Source of the DNA: Nitrospirales bacterium
GTDB taxonomy: Bacteria; Nitrospirota; Nitrospiria; Nitrospirales; UBA8639
Direction: 5' to 3'
Length of the DNA stretch: 64,000 nt
NCBI GenBank assembly: GCA_965203295.1
Contig: CBDBCZ010000012.1
Coordinates: forward strand, 1 to 64,000
The notes under the pieces were generated by a model. The model was not told where the DNA came from. It was given only the letters and a program-made list of their open reading frames with translations, and searched no databases. Below, piece after piece: positions 1-12,142 of this stretch. Both the position numbers and the translations under genes were made by a program. The first letter of the stretch is position 1. The number at the start of each line of letters is the position of its first letter.

Positions 1-2302
1 TTGTGAACGATTAACCTTTTGTGGTTTAGGCCACTATTATTAAGGGTAGCAAGCACCCTGGATTCTTCACGGCAATCGGTATCCATGCATCATCTTGACC
101 AGTCAAGATTTAGCTCTAGCTTGGGACTTCCTTTACTGGCATTTGTCAGAAATATACTTTTTAACCTTTTAAATATACCACTGCTAACAAGCCCAACCTC
201 TTACGTAAGTACACGCCCCTCAAAAAACTGCTTCAGCATAGAGGAAAGCCTCTTCTTAAACACTCTTAAACACAACTTCATGTGAATATGGACTTGGTGG
301 TTTGTGGATCTAGTTTTCTACCTCATGCAGACTCAACTTGATGTAGAGTCTGCCTGAGGTAGAAAAACAACAGACTCAGACACGAGATTGAGTGGTGGCA
401 TTGTTACTGTTATGAATGAAGTCATACAGTGCACTACACTTTCACTGTCACTCCCATATGAGCTTACTTATTCTTTATTCTCCATTAGTAGCTGCTTTAA
501 CATCATCTCAACTTTACCTGTTCACCTAACCCCAACAGGAATCTATTATTAAGAGAACACCAACTGAAGTAAAGGTGTACACATGAAATAGAATGTAGAT
601 GGCATTGGAATCCATTCTGCTTGCAACATTTGAATATGGTTAGAGGTACCGGTTATGGGATTAAAATGGGGTGAACTAGTACGGGTTAGGGCTAAATGAA
701 TGCACAGATATCAGACACCCTATTCATATGATTTCTCTAGTCTCACTTGGCTGGACTTAGCGTAGTTATTATACTAGTAGCCTAACAAGTGAATCCATGG
801 AGCTCATGAGAGGGGGTGGTAACACCAACAGCATCAGGGTAAGAAATTAGAACAGCTAACAGCCTAACACTTAAGGTAGGAAGAGCCTCACCTGGAATCC
901 ACAATTCAAATGGATGGCTTTGTTGATAACATGAGAGTCTACCTCGAATTGACAAAAATTTTGCATCTAACCACACCTCCTGCTAAATAATCCACAAAAA
1001 CGCAATTTCGGGTTGCTTTAAAATACGAGAAATTTTGGAATCTGCTAGAGCCCCACCCACAGTCTGGCAACAACACCAGTACCTACAGAGGACAGGCTAC
1101 AAACGTAGGGATGCTTTTTCACAGGAATGCTTCAAAGCCAGTTTTACAGCCCTGAACGCATCCAACCACCCCAAAACCCTCATTTTCGCTATCCTGACTT
1201 TCAAAAAAAATTCGGCAACCGCCCACGCTCACCCGACGAATTCGAGCCCTGCATTACAAACTTCAACCTACTCCCACAAAAATTAGGGATGCGATTTTTC
1301 ATTCACCCCTCGGTTTCTGAGAACCACCCACCAGAGCTCTCCCTATAAATCTCCACAGATTTTCACACAACTAGCTATTCGAGCTAATTTTTAAAAAATG
1401 GGCGGGGCCTACAGACCCGAAAGGTGACTATTCTAGCCTACCTGAGATGGGCAACAACCTGCCACTATCCGTCTGTCTGGCTGACTTCTAGCCACTCGGG
1501 CAGCCTAACAAACTTTCTACAACACACTAGCTAGCTATTCTGACATAAAAAGCCTACTCACAATTCTATGATGTCATATCTTCTTTTAAAAAAAAAAAAA
1601 AGTGTTGAAAGCCAACATCAGAGTACCGCTCAACCACATCAAAGTGCCGATATCACATATGAAAGAGCCGCTATCCACATCAAAGTGACACACCCCTCCT
1701 GTTGATTCCGGTTGCCGCCATGGGAAAATGCAAACATATCAATGAATCTAATTAGCGCCACGTGAGTGACGTCATCTCATTAATTATTCATGAGGAGAAT
1801 CACGCGGATTCGAAGGTGAGGCCCTTCCTACCTTAAGTTTACTCCTGAGAAAACACAGTTTCCTTGTCTCAGAGTGATGGTGTGTTCTAGAAATAGCACA
1901 ACAGACATGACATCAGTGGCAATAAAATTACTTTATTCACCCTTTGTCTTTGTAAAATTCATTGTCAATTGTAGTCATCTTATATACATAATGTAGTAGC
2001 TGTGTAATAAAAGGCGCACTGGCTCTTGTGGCAAAGCAAATTGTGATTTACTAGGCCCTATAAATCAACCAGTTTGCATGCAAGTCAGGCTAAAAATATA
2101 TAAGCTACGGCTATAAAGTTTAGTAGTGGCCATGTCTGATCTAATAAAGGACGATAGGTTTCATAGTGCTACTAAAATAGCAGAGAAACTATCAAAAGAC
2201 ATTGCCAAATGGGAGGATAGCCGAGCAGGAACTCTCGCCACCCTGAGAGATATTCAAAAGACAATTGAAGAAAGTTACCATGATCGCACCATAGCAAAAG
2301 TA

Positions 2303-3459
2303 AAACCTCTTCTATTTATATCCCGGAAATTCTAATTCTAATTTAGAGCCAATTTGATCTTGTTGATTTGTATTACCAAATGAGGATTTAAACAAAATGT
2401 TTAAACTTCTTGATGAACAAAAGACAAAAGTGATTAATAGAGCAAAAGCATACAAGTGTGCAGTATAATAATTACTACGCATGTTCTTCATAATATTACG
2501 ATTCTTCGTCTTCATACTCCTGAGCTGTGTCGTCGTCTTCATTGCTGTTGTCAAGCACTCTCTTAACTTTCCCCATTATGGAGAATGAGTCCTTCGCAAC
2601 CACGACAACATCTCTGCAAGCACTCAGGATACCAGCAGCTGCACCTGAAGAAGAATAAAACACAGACATTGAAATTTCAAGGCTGACAAAGTAACATTGA
2701 AACTTTCAATACCAGCAAAGTAAAAGTAGCTACCATTGAAATTTCAAGACTGGCAAAGTACCCTTTGATATTTCAAGACTGGCAAAGTACCTTTGAAATT
2801 TCAAGACTGGCAAAATACCCTTGAAATTTCAAGACCGTCAAAATTACATTGAAATTTCAAGACTGGCAAAGTAGCTACCTTTGAAATTTCAAGACTGGCA
2901 AAGTACCCTTGAAATTTCAAGACTGGCAAAGTAACTTTGAAATTTCAAGACTGGCAAAGTACCCTTGAAATTTCAGGACTGGCAAAGTAACTTTGAAATT
3001 TTAAGACTTGCAAAGTACCCTTGAAATTTCAAGACTGGCAAAGTAATTTTGAAATTTCAAGACTGGCAAAGTACCCTTGAAATTTCAAGACTGGCAAAGT
3101 GACTTTGAAATTTCAAGACTGGCAAAGTACCCTTGAAATTTCAAGACTGGCAAAGTACCCTTGAAATTTCGTTTCAAGACCAGCAAAATAATATTGAAAT
3201 TACAAGACTGGCAAAATAACATTGAAATTTCAAGACCGGTAAAGATTTTAAGACCAGCAAAGTAACATCGAAAATTCAAGACAGGTACTACATGTTTTTC
3301 ATACAGGCAAAAGTAATTTCAAGCCAAACAATAGGCATAAAACTACGTGTACAAACTGAGTGAGTACGTATGTACCTTCTGAAGCATTCAGCAAAAGAAC
3401 TTGGTCCTTCTTTTCGGACAACAAAGACACGAGCTCGTTTGTGAAAGTCCCTATATCTC
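2303..3459. mobile_element. 1.16-kb insertion with TA duplication inside the APOL coding exon
   Basis: TA at 2301-2302 and 3460-3461. Removing the insert plus one TA restores AAA GTA AGT GGT (K-V-S-G) in frame. No TIRs were seen. Confidence 0.65.
2671..3285 (+). repeat. 28-bp minisatellite (gaaatttcaagactggcaaagtaccctt), about 21 copies
   Basis: Direct tandem periodicity, e.g. units starting at 2911 and 2939. Confidence 0.95.
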
Positions 3460-3878
3460 TAAGTGGTGCATCTGCTGCTGTTGCGGGTAGTACCATGGCC
3501 ATCATTGGCTTTGGGTTGAGCTTCGTAACGTTTGGTGCAAGCCTAGGCCTCACCATTGCGGGATCAATTGTTGCAGCTTGTGGCGGTGTGACAGAGAGGC
3601 GCTGACATCGGTGACTGGCTTGTATCTAAGTCGCAGATGAAGACAGCCGAAAGGGTGATCAAACGTGACAAAGAATTGTCCTCTACTGTTTGTGAAACAA
3701 GTAAGGATTTGGCCACAGCTATTTCACAGCTGAATCGCAAGTATCCAGCTTTCAAAGAAGATCGGATTTATGGATTGATTTCGAGTGTAGTCAAAAGTGA
3801 GTGGTAATATGTATACCTTCAACATACACTGACCTTGGTCCTGTCCGGCCGTCCCTAGTAGTCAAAATAGTGATAGAC

Positions 3879-4250
3879 TTTTTTACCCCACGCGCGTATA
3901 CGCAAGCGGGGTTAAGCAATTCGTTTTGTCCCAGAGGAGGTCCGACAAGCTGCGTATCCTAGCGGTGATTGATGAAGTTCCGCGTGACCTAAAAGGGAGG
4001 GGGAAACGATGCACGCAAAATGTTACTATCAACTGCAGTGTATAGGATAGCCTCGCGCTATGTATAGCAGCTTTTGGAGGTTTGTAGGCCAAACTACAGC
4101 AAATGAAGATAGTGTTTTGTTGCCTAGATGGCGAAAACGCGGTAGGCAGCCGTAAAGAATGAGCTATACAAACAAACTAGTGAATACCAACTGTCTCCGC
4201 GAGGGCGGTGGGGTACTTTACCATCTGCTCTTCGCCGCGGTGGGCGCTTA
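3879..4250 (+). mobile_element. Helentron/DINE-1-like non-autonomous element fragment
   Basis: Starts in a T-run with the hairpin accccacgcgcg...gcggggtt. The block gcagcttttggaggtttg...cctagatggcgaaaacg is shared with the elements at 42519 and 46441. Confidence 0.5.
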
Positions 4251-4251
4251 G

Positions 4252-5116
4252 TAGTCTCGCGAGCCAGCCTACTTTGATCCTCAGCACCGATCGCTTTCGG
4301 CCGCATACTAATTAGTGATCGGCACTGCGGAAATTAAGTGGGCCGGTGTAAGCGCGATTTGGGGACCCCCGGCCCCGCGATATGGGGACCCCGTCCCAAA
4401 AACGCTAGCGATGTGAGGACCCCCACAGGCCCTATTTCGCTAGCGGTACAGGGATCCCGTCAGCGACTTGGGGACCCCTGTACCGCTAACGGTAGTGAGC
4501 GATGGGTATAGGTATAAAAGTGGACGCACATTTCCCTTGTTTTTATCTCGAGTTGTATGTAAGATTTTGTAGTAGCTGTATGTAAACTTTTGCTTTTATG
4601 TATATTTATGTTTGGTGTGTTATTTCTTCCATATATATTCTCATTAGAACATTCTGAACATGTATGAATTTCAAACCCTATATAATATACCTTGCACTAA
4701 CTCCTGGAGCTGTAGCTAATAGAGGTATGGGATTACAACTTGGTTTTGAATGCTCTGTAGATAGACTAGCTGGTGCCTTTCATGTATTTGTGCTGTATAT
4801 ACTTAAACTAACATATTAGAACATGCTGACTCACAAGACTTAGTATGAATTCATTGCTACAATACCTTACACTAATAGATGCTTTCATGTTATTTATTCA
4901 TTGAAGATACGGTGCAGTTAGCGGGATCAGAACAGACAATGTAGGGGTCCCTAAATCACTAAAGGATCCCCATATCGCCAGCGTTTCGCGGCCCCTCGGG
5001 CCCCATATCGCTAGAGATTTCGGGGACCCCGGTCCCCATATCTCTAGCGATACGGGGACCGGGGGTCCCCATTTCGGGGGGTCCCGATATCGCGCGTACA
5101 CCGGTTCACGAGACTA
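4252..5116. mobile_element. Palindromic TAG...CTA MITE with 9-bp TSD (AcademH/MULE-like), interrupted by a Ginger-like element
   Basis: Arms are tagtctcgcgagccagcctactt and aagtgggccggttcacgagacta. Flanks ggcgcttag (4243-4251) and ggcgtttag (5117-5125) match at 8 of 9 positions. Confidence 0.7.
4347..5100. mobile_element. Ginger1-like non-autonomous DNA transposon
   Basis: TGTA...TACA ends, CCGG duplicated at 4343-4346 and 5101-5104, long imperfect TIRs rich in ggggacccc repeats, AT-rich core. Confidence 0.75.
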
Positions 5117-6054
5117 GGCGTTTAGCAGCCTGCTGTTGCGTATTTCCTGTCGGGGACAAGCGCTTTCCTGATGAGGCCTCGTTGCGTCTTTCAGTCATTC
5201 TGGAACATCACTCAAGAGACGACAGGATTTTGCCTCCAAAGGCAACCAAGGTGTCAGAATCGCGAGGGAAAAATAGAGAAGGTGAAGGGTCTGAGAACTA
5301 GACAAGTGTATCACACGCAAAGGAAGGCTTACTACACCGCCTAGGTTAGTAGAGTTAGTGCGGTTATTTTGTGACGCCGCAGAGGGCTAGCGCCGTTTAT
5401 CAAAAGATTATATTGTGACTGTTACAGCAAAACATGGAGAACATGTGTCATATAGCAATCAAACTGGGTTCATTTCCTGGATTATGCAATAATGACATCA
5501 TACTGACGAGGATAGTCTATATACTCGGTCTCTAGTCTCAGTAGTCTCACAATTTACATGTAGACGGACCGAGCATTGCGAACATGAGGTAATTACATGT
5601 AAGCATATATGGTCCATCTTCTGCGCGCGGTAGCCGGAGTTGATAATTAGGATAGGCCTAAGACTTTTATTTGTAGCCGTTTTGTCACTAGTGGCTGTTC
5701 TCGCTACTGGCTGGCAGCATAATAAATAGTTTTCTGTGACTACAATAACCAGTGGTTATTATCTATATGCCCGCATTTGGAGACAATTGTGCATGGATGA
5801 CAGTTTATAACAACTGACCTTTTGCTTATATCTGTGTTGACTAATATTTTGTCACATTGGCTATAAGCTTTGTTTATGTTCCGAATTATCTAGCATAATA
5901 GACTAGAATGGAAGCGTAATAGGGAAAATTTTGTGGGAATTGCACATTTTTTTTTAACATAATGTGGACAAGCCTTAGCCCTATACCTTGTTGGGCCTAC
6001 CCTAATTGCCGTAACGCGACGATTCCGGAAAGTACTATGCATACCTAATTCCAT

Positions 6055-7360
6055 GCATGCATGTGTCTTGTCATGAACGCTTACAAATAGCAGAAATGCT
6101 CCCAATTTTCAAATACAATGGTTTAGCCTATGTAATTATTGAAAATGCAGTCGTCAGAAACGCTCACAATGAGCAGAAACCTTCCCGAAATGTAAGTACA
6201 ATGACATAGCATAAAAACGCATGCATTCGAAATGCAGTTTATATGTCCTATCAGAAACGCTTACAAATAGTAGAAGCTTTCCGAAAGGTTCAAAATGAGC
6301 AGAAACGTGCCCGAATTCCAAACACATTAATTTAGCCTATAAAAGTATTGAAAATGCAGTTTATGTATGTTGTCACAAACGCTAACATAGAGCAGGAGCG
6401 CTCCCGAAATTCAAACACAATTATTATAGTTAGCATATAATGGCATTGAAAATGCAGTGTTAATACCGTGTCAGAATCGCTTACGGAGAGCAGAAATGCT
6501 CCCGATATATAACCACAATCATTTAGCATATTTATAATAATATAAGTGTATTGAAGATTCGGTGGACATTATAATCATGTCAGAAACTTTGAAACAAGTA
6601 GCAACGCGACTGAATCTCAAACCATATAAGGGTATTTAAAATGCAGTGTACCTAACTTGTCAGAAACGTTCATAACAAGTAGAAACGCCCCAAAAATTCA
6701 AACACAATGATTGAACATATAATGCTATTGCTAATGCAGTGTATATATGTTGTCACAAACACTTACAAAGAGCAGCAACACTCCCAAAATTCAAACACAA
6801 TGATATAGAGTAAGGCATTGAAAATGTAGTGCATGTGTTTTGTCAGAAATGCTTACGAAGAGCAGAAACGTTCCCGAAATTTAAAACACAATGCTTCAGC
6901 ATGATATAATTGTAGTGAAATGCTGTGTATAGTCTTGTTAGAAACGCTTGAAATGAGCAGAAACGTTCCCAAAGTATAAACGCAATGATTTAGCATACAA
7001 GGGTATTGAAAATAAAGTGTATATATCTCGACAGAAACATGCACAATGAGCAGAAACGTTCCCGAAATTAAAATGCAAAGATTTAGAATAAAATGGTATA
7101 AAATGCAGTGTGTTTGTCCTGTCAAAAACGCTGACAAAGAGCGAAACTTTCCCCAAAGTCAAACACAGTAATTTTGCCTATAATAATGGTTTTTAAAATG
7201 CAGTGCATGTATCGTATCAGAAAATTTTATAAGAGGTACAATCATTCCCGAAATTGAAACTCAAATATTAGGATATGAAACAAGTATTGGAAGTATGCTG
7301 GTTATGTCTCTTATCAGAAGCTCTAAAAAGATGAGACGCTCCCAAATTCAAACGCGTCTA
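6055..7360 (-). repeat. Degenerate ~90-bp satellite array, inverted copy
   Basis: Reverse complement of the array portion at ~18170-19458. Approximate unit: atcattgtgtttgaatttcgggagcgtttctgctctttgtaagcgtttctgacaagatatacactgcattttcaatgc... Confidence 0.9.
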
Positions 7361-7599
7361 CATATTAAGTTCATCATACAACCCAGAAAAATTTCTCTCC
7401 CTTCTCTTCGTATGCGATGTTGTGTGTCTAACTTACTATGTAAAACACATGTACAGGATTGTCCATATACACTAACACAGAATGTATTAAAAAGGTGATT
7501 AATTCCTTCAAAAACTGTAAATATGTACAGTTGCTGTCAGATTGTAAACTATTTGTAGGTATATATCATTTAAATGTCAAGTGTATTATTTATAGCTAT

Positions 7600-8178
7600 T
7601 TTCTTCACAGGTTCCCAGAATAGCAAAAGCTCACACACTAACCCCTGGGAAGATGCTGTCCCTGTTCAAGGACAATGTTTGTCAGGTACATTAACTTGTA
7701 GGCCTTGTCTGCTATTGGATATGACCTTAACTGGGAATCTTGGTACATGTTTTGCAGTTTCTTGTGGAGGTACTACATCAGAAGAAGGGTTTCATTTTGA
7801 TGGCAGACAAAAAAGAACCATTCTATCAGGTGCTTGTGTAGACCTATGAAGACTTCCTCATGTTGTGAAATGCAGAGTTTCCTTGCAAGGTCTTGCAATG
7901 TTCTAACATAGCTTTCTTGCAGAATTTTGTAAATTATCTAGCAGACTTCTTGCAGGACTCACAAGGATTTTGGCCGCTTCTTGCATGATCTTGCATTTTA
8001 TTTCTTGCAAGCCCTTGCAAAACTTCTCATCATGCAACAAAAATCTTGCAAGGTGTTAGAATCTTGTGTTAAAATTTGCGTGACTCATAGAAAAATCCTG
8101 CAAGATCTGGTGCAAGAACCTTGCAAGACATTCATCTGCTTCCTTATATATTGACTCCAGTTGCCCTGGATAACAATT
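7600..8178 (-). repeat. cttgcaag-rich repeat (probable transposon subterminal region); other copies at 17365-17940, 23256-23781 and 60174-60750
   Basis: Many palindromic cttgcaag motifs. All four copies share the same boundary attgttatccagggcaactggag. Confidence 0.75.
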
Positions 8179-9038
8179 TCTGCATGCACCGGATTTTCAA
8201 TGCCTTTTTATGCTACATCATTGTAGTTGAATTTATGAATGCTAGCAAAACTAATGCTATAGCAACACCTGTACAGCAAGTAGCTATAATACATTACAAT
8301 TACAAAAGAATGTGTACTGTACAGTGCATTTACATTTTAACTAAAGTGTTTCAAAGATTACATACAAGTTCTGCTGCTTTCACGTTATTTCAGCATGGCC
8401 AGCTACGACAGACTGCTAGCTTGTTTGGAGAAATACTGTCTTTATAGAGCTAGTTTGTTCACAGAAATCCCGTAGGTACTATTTAGAATGGTCACACAGC
8501 ATGGGGGGGAGAGAAACAGAAACACTTAGTGACAAATGGGGACCCGGGTTACCTGTGAACTTATTGGGTATTTGCAGCGATTAAAAATCTTCGCAGATAT
8601 TCCCTGTACAATCTCATTCCGGGTCAAGCTGTTCAGCTGTTTCTCCTCTCCTATCCATATACTGACAGGAAGTTGTAGATCATGTTTTATATACTCCAGC
8701 CCTCAGGGTAATATATAACATACAGCACTTCTATACATGCATGCAGTCACTAGCATAGCGCGAGAGCCACTTGTTCAATATGGAGGCGTCTCCCGATGAG
8801 AGTAGCTAAAGTAGAGGGAGGAGCTGGGTCGTGGGGGCGGTGCTTATTACGCCACTTCCGCCACGTGTAGCCGGCGACAGTTTCTCAGCGAAGCGACTGT
8901 TTTGTTTACAGCATTCCGTCCACTCGGGTAAACCAAGACAAGTCGGAGAACCGCACAGAGCGATATATACTGTAGTACTGTAGCTACTAGCTAAGCGTCG
9001 GTTACCATGCACCCAAAGAACCAATCCGCTTAATAATA

Positions 9039-9165
9039 TAACAGATAAACCGCGGTTGCCAGGGATTTATGGCCATAAACAGCCCTCGTCCTCGGGCTTC
9101 GCCCTCGGGCTAGGGCAGTTTATGGACCATAAATCCCTGGCTACCGCGGTTTACCTATTAAGTAA
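9039..9165. mobile_element. Short palindromic MITE
   Basis: Arms taaaccgcggttgccagggatttatgg and ccataaatccctggctaccgcggttta around a central ctcgggcttcgccctcgg hairpin. Confidence 0.7.
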
Positions 9166-9794
9166 CACTGCATTTACAATAACATCAATATGCTCAATCA
9201 TTGTGCTTGAATTTCCGGGACGTTTGTGCTCGTTGTGAGCGTTTCTGACAAGATGTATACACTGCATTTTATGACCTTTATGATTATGTTAAATCATTGT
9301 AGTATTTGAATTTCGGGAATGCTTCTGGTCATTGTAAGCGTTTTTGACAACATAGACACTCTGTCTACATTTTCAATTCTTTATATGCTTAATCATTGTG
9401 TTTGAATTTGGGGAGATATTCTATTCATTGTTAGTCTTGAGTTTTAGTATTAAGGCCGTGTTTCTCGACTTCATTTACTGTCTGTCTGTTAGTTACCCTT
9501 TACATGCTAAATCATTGTGCTTAAATTTTGAGAGTGTTTCTGCTCTTTGTAAGCGTTTCTGACAAGACGCATGCATCGGATTTTCAATGCCTTTTTATAC
9601 TACATCATTGTGTTTGAATTTATGAATGCTAGGGTGGTTCCAAAACTAATGCTATAGCAACATCTGCACAGCAAGTAGCTATACATTACAATTACAAAAG
9701 AATGTGTACAGTGCATTTACATTTTAACTAAAGTGTTTCAAACTAAAGATACAAAAGGACTAAGCCAGGTGGCAGGTAAATAAATGGTACAAAC

Positions 9795-11262
9795 TAACAT
9801 TTGTCAATATCACTGATGGTGCCAAGTAGTGTTTTGTTGAACTTTGTCCCAGTTGTTATTCCAAGCAGGAAGCGCTCCATAAAAAAAAAGTGTGTTCATC
9901 ATACATGGTGTGGGATAGGCAATGTCGAAAACATAATACACTGCTATAAGGGCAACAATGGCCTTGTACAGCGAAGGCAACTCAGCCAACAGTTCTTTCT
10001 CCGCGACAAGGAAGAACTGCATGTCACCACTGCCAAACTGAATCAGGTACGGTGTTGAAATGCCACCTGATATCTTGGTATCGAGATCTTCATTATCCTG
10101 GTTAAAGGAGAATTAAAAGCAACACATAATGAAAGTAATTCGAACAAAGAAACTCAAGCCACGCATATACATTGCGAGAGGGCACAGTAAAGATTTGGGG
10201 TCATTTACTTATCTTTACTCATTTCAGAGAGAGCTAATTATTAAAACTCTGAATAGATGTACACTGGTAGTTTGACAAATACACAACATGTTTTCTTGTA
10301 TATCTATTGCTTAACTTTCAGATAACTAATACACAACATTCCAAGGCTCAAAAACACAAATAATCCATTTCATTACACTTACTTCAAGTTCTGTCAGTAA
10401 GTGAACACTGGCATCCTTATTTCTCTTGTCGAGAGTACAAGTGTATGGATAAAACTGCTAACTAACATCAGCAGCTTCTTCATTCCCATCCAGCAAATGA
10501 AGCTGCGTCTGAATAGCTGCACTTCTTTCACTCTTCGCATACGTTATGACTTTTGGTGCCCACTTGATCCACTCAGCCGCCAATTTTTCTTCGGGATCAC
10601 CACGGAGACCAGTGATCTGGATGAAGTCATTGATGAGCTGTATAAAGGAATATACAAATGAATTTTTAGGTGGTTTTATAACATATTAGGCATTAATGCT
10701 AAGGGTATAGCCTTGTTCCCAGGCTCAACTAAATAACATATTCTCACATAGCACACGACCATAGCCAGGGTGTAGGCCTGGGGCATACACTCCCTATCAT
10801 AGTTTCATTTTTGTTCTTTTTTTTTGGGGGGGGGGGGGGGGGCGGTTCAGGTTGTGAAAATAAAAATTGTAGTTGCAGGAGCAAGTTCTGCTGCATTCAC
10901 GTTATTTCAGCATGGCCAGCTACGACAGACTGCTAGCTTGTTTGGAGAAATACTGTCTTTATAGAGCTAGTTTGTTCACAGAAATCCCGTAGGTACTATT
11001 TAGAATGGTCACACAGCATGGGGGGGAGAGAAACAGAAACACTTAGTGACAAATGGGCATGCAAATGGTATTTGCAGCGATTGAAAATCTTCGCAGATAT
11101 TCCCTGTACAATCTCATTCCGAGTCAAGCTGTTCAGCTGTTTCTCCTTTAGCGCCAGCATTGTCCTCTCAGAGTACCGAGTGGGAATCTCAAATGTGACT
11201 TTCCAGAGCACTTGCTGGTCACACACATTTGTTGCCACCTCCCAAAAAATGCCCCAAAACAA
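9795..11262 (-). pseudogene. SAMD3-like (transposon-associated) gene fragments
   Basis: Peptides FEIPTRYSERTMLALKEKQLNSLTRNEIVQGISAKIFNRCKY, KLAAEWIKWAPKVITY and QFFLVAEKELLAELPSLYKAIVALIAVYYVFDIAYP, with frameshifts. Further pieces lie at ~8380-8645 and ~22920-23240. Confidence 0.55.
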
Positions 11263-12142
11263 GTTATAGAAAAAGCAGGTAGGGATGGTAGCTACGCATT
11301 GCGCTGTGATGTGCGGGTGTATGTGTGTGCATTGCTGCTTGTTTCATTGGTTTTTGGGGAAGCGTTTTTTGGTGGAAGTGCATCCCTACATGACTAGTTT
11401 TTGCACTTTTTGGCAAAGTGCTAGCAAATGCAGGGCAATGTAGGGGGAGTCTGAGTGACAAGTAGCTACAATGACCGTTACAGTATAATTGTTGCAGTAG
11501 CATCATTGCATCTGGATCCCACATTAAAGAAACGATCTCAGCCTGGTATAATCATAGATGTGCAGTGATACCAATAGACTGATATGCACGTGATAATAAT
11601 CAATACATGAACAAATAACTCCAAAGCTTCGACGTTGACTTGCTTGGTACATATATTTATAGCACAGTGTACACATGCTGTTGAACAGTCCTCAGATCAC
11701 AGTAACTGCAAGGACATTAGTTCACTCATCAATGTGAGTATACGTGACATACCTTTACACTTCCCCAAAAAACAACAAAACAAGCACCAGAAGGCATGCA
11801 CAGACTACGCACATATCACAGTGCGATGCATTTACCGCGTACCTACCATCCCTACATCTTTCCAACCACACCCACCACAAACCGTACCACACCCCCTTAC
11901 ACAGCACCCTTCAACACACACCACCATCCACAATCAACACCACCACTCACCATCCCACAACCACCCTCACACCTCATCCACAACGATTACATACTTCACA
12001 AAACACAACACCCCACACTACAAACTAACCCAGACCTCCACAGCACCACTGTACTCAGCTAAACCTCGCATCAAGCCCTTCTGCCTAAATTTAATAGCTG
12101 AGTACGAGGCTAATAGAAATCACTAGTAAGCAAGATGTATAC

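Larger units (their letters stand above)
2132..3796 (+). pseudogene. Apolipoprotein L family pseudogene (insertion-disrupted, frameshifted)
   Basis: MSDLIKDD...LRDIQKTIEESYHDRTIAKV (2132-2302) continues as SGASAAVAGSTMAIIGFGLSFVTFGASLGLTIAGSIVAACGGVT (from 3462), the typical APOL hydrophobic hairpin. The frame shifts at ~3597 to GADIGDWLVSKSQMKTAERVIKRD..., ending at donor gtgagt (3797). TATA-like motifs lie at ~2059 and ~2112. Confidence 0.8.

Noticed and set aside
1..1440. Decayed minus-strand reading frame and possible element 5' end
   Set aside because: A ~100-codon frame at 1-300 has two stops and no motif I could recognise, and it is cut by the window edge.
2671..3285. 28-bp repeat as a CRISPR array
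   Set aside because: Units are head-to-tail with no unique spacers, there are no cas genes, and the context is eukaryotic.
11635..12126. 163-aa His/Thr/Pro-rich ORF (also 54509-55000)
   Set aside because: It arises from CA-rich low-complexity DNA that is open in all three plus frames.
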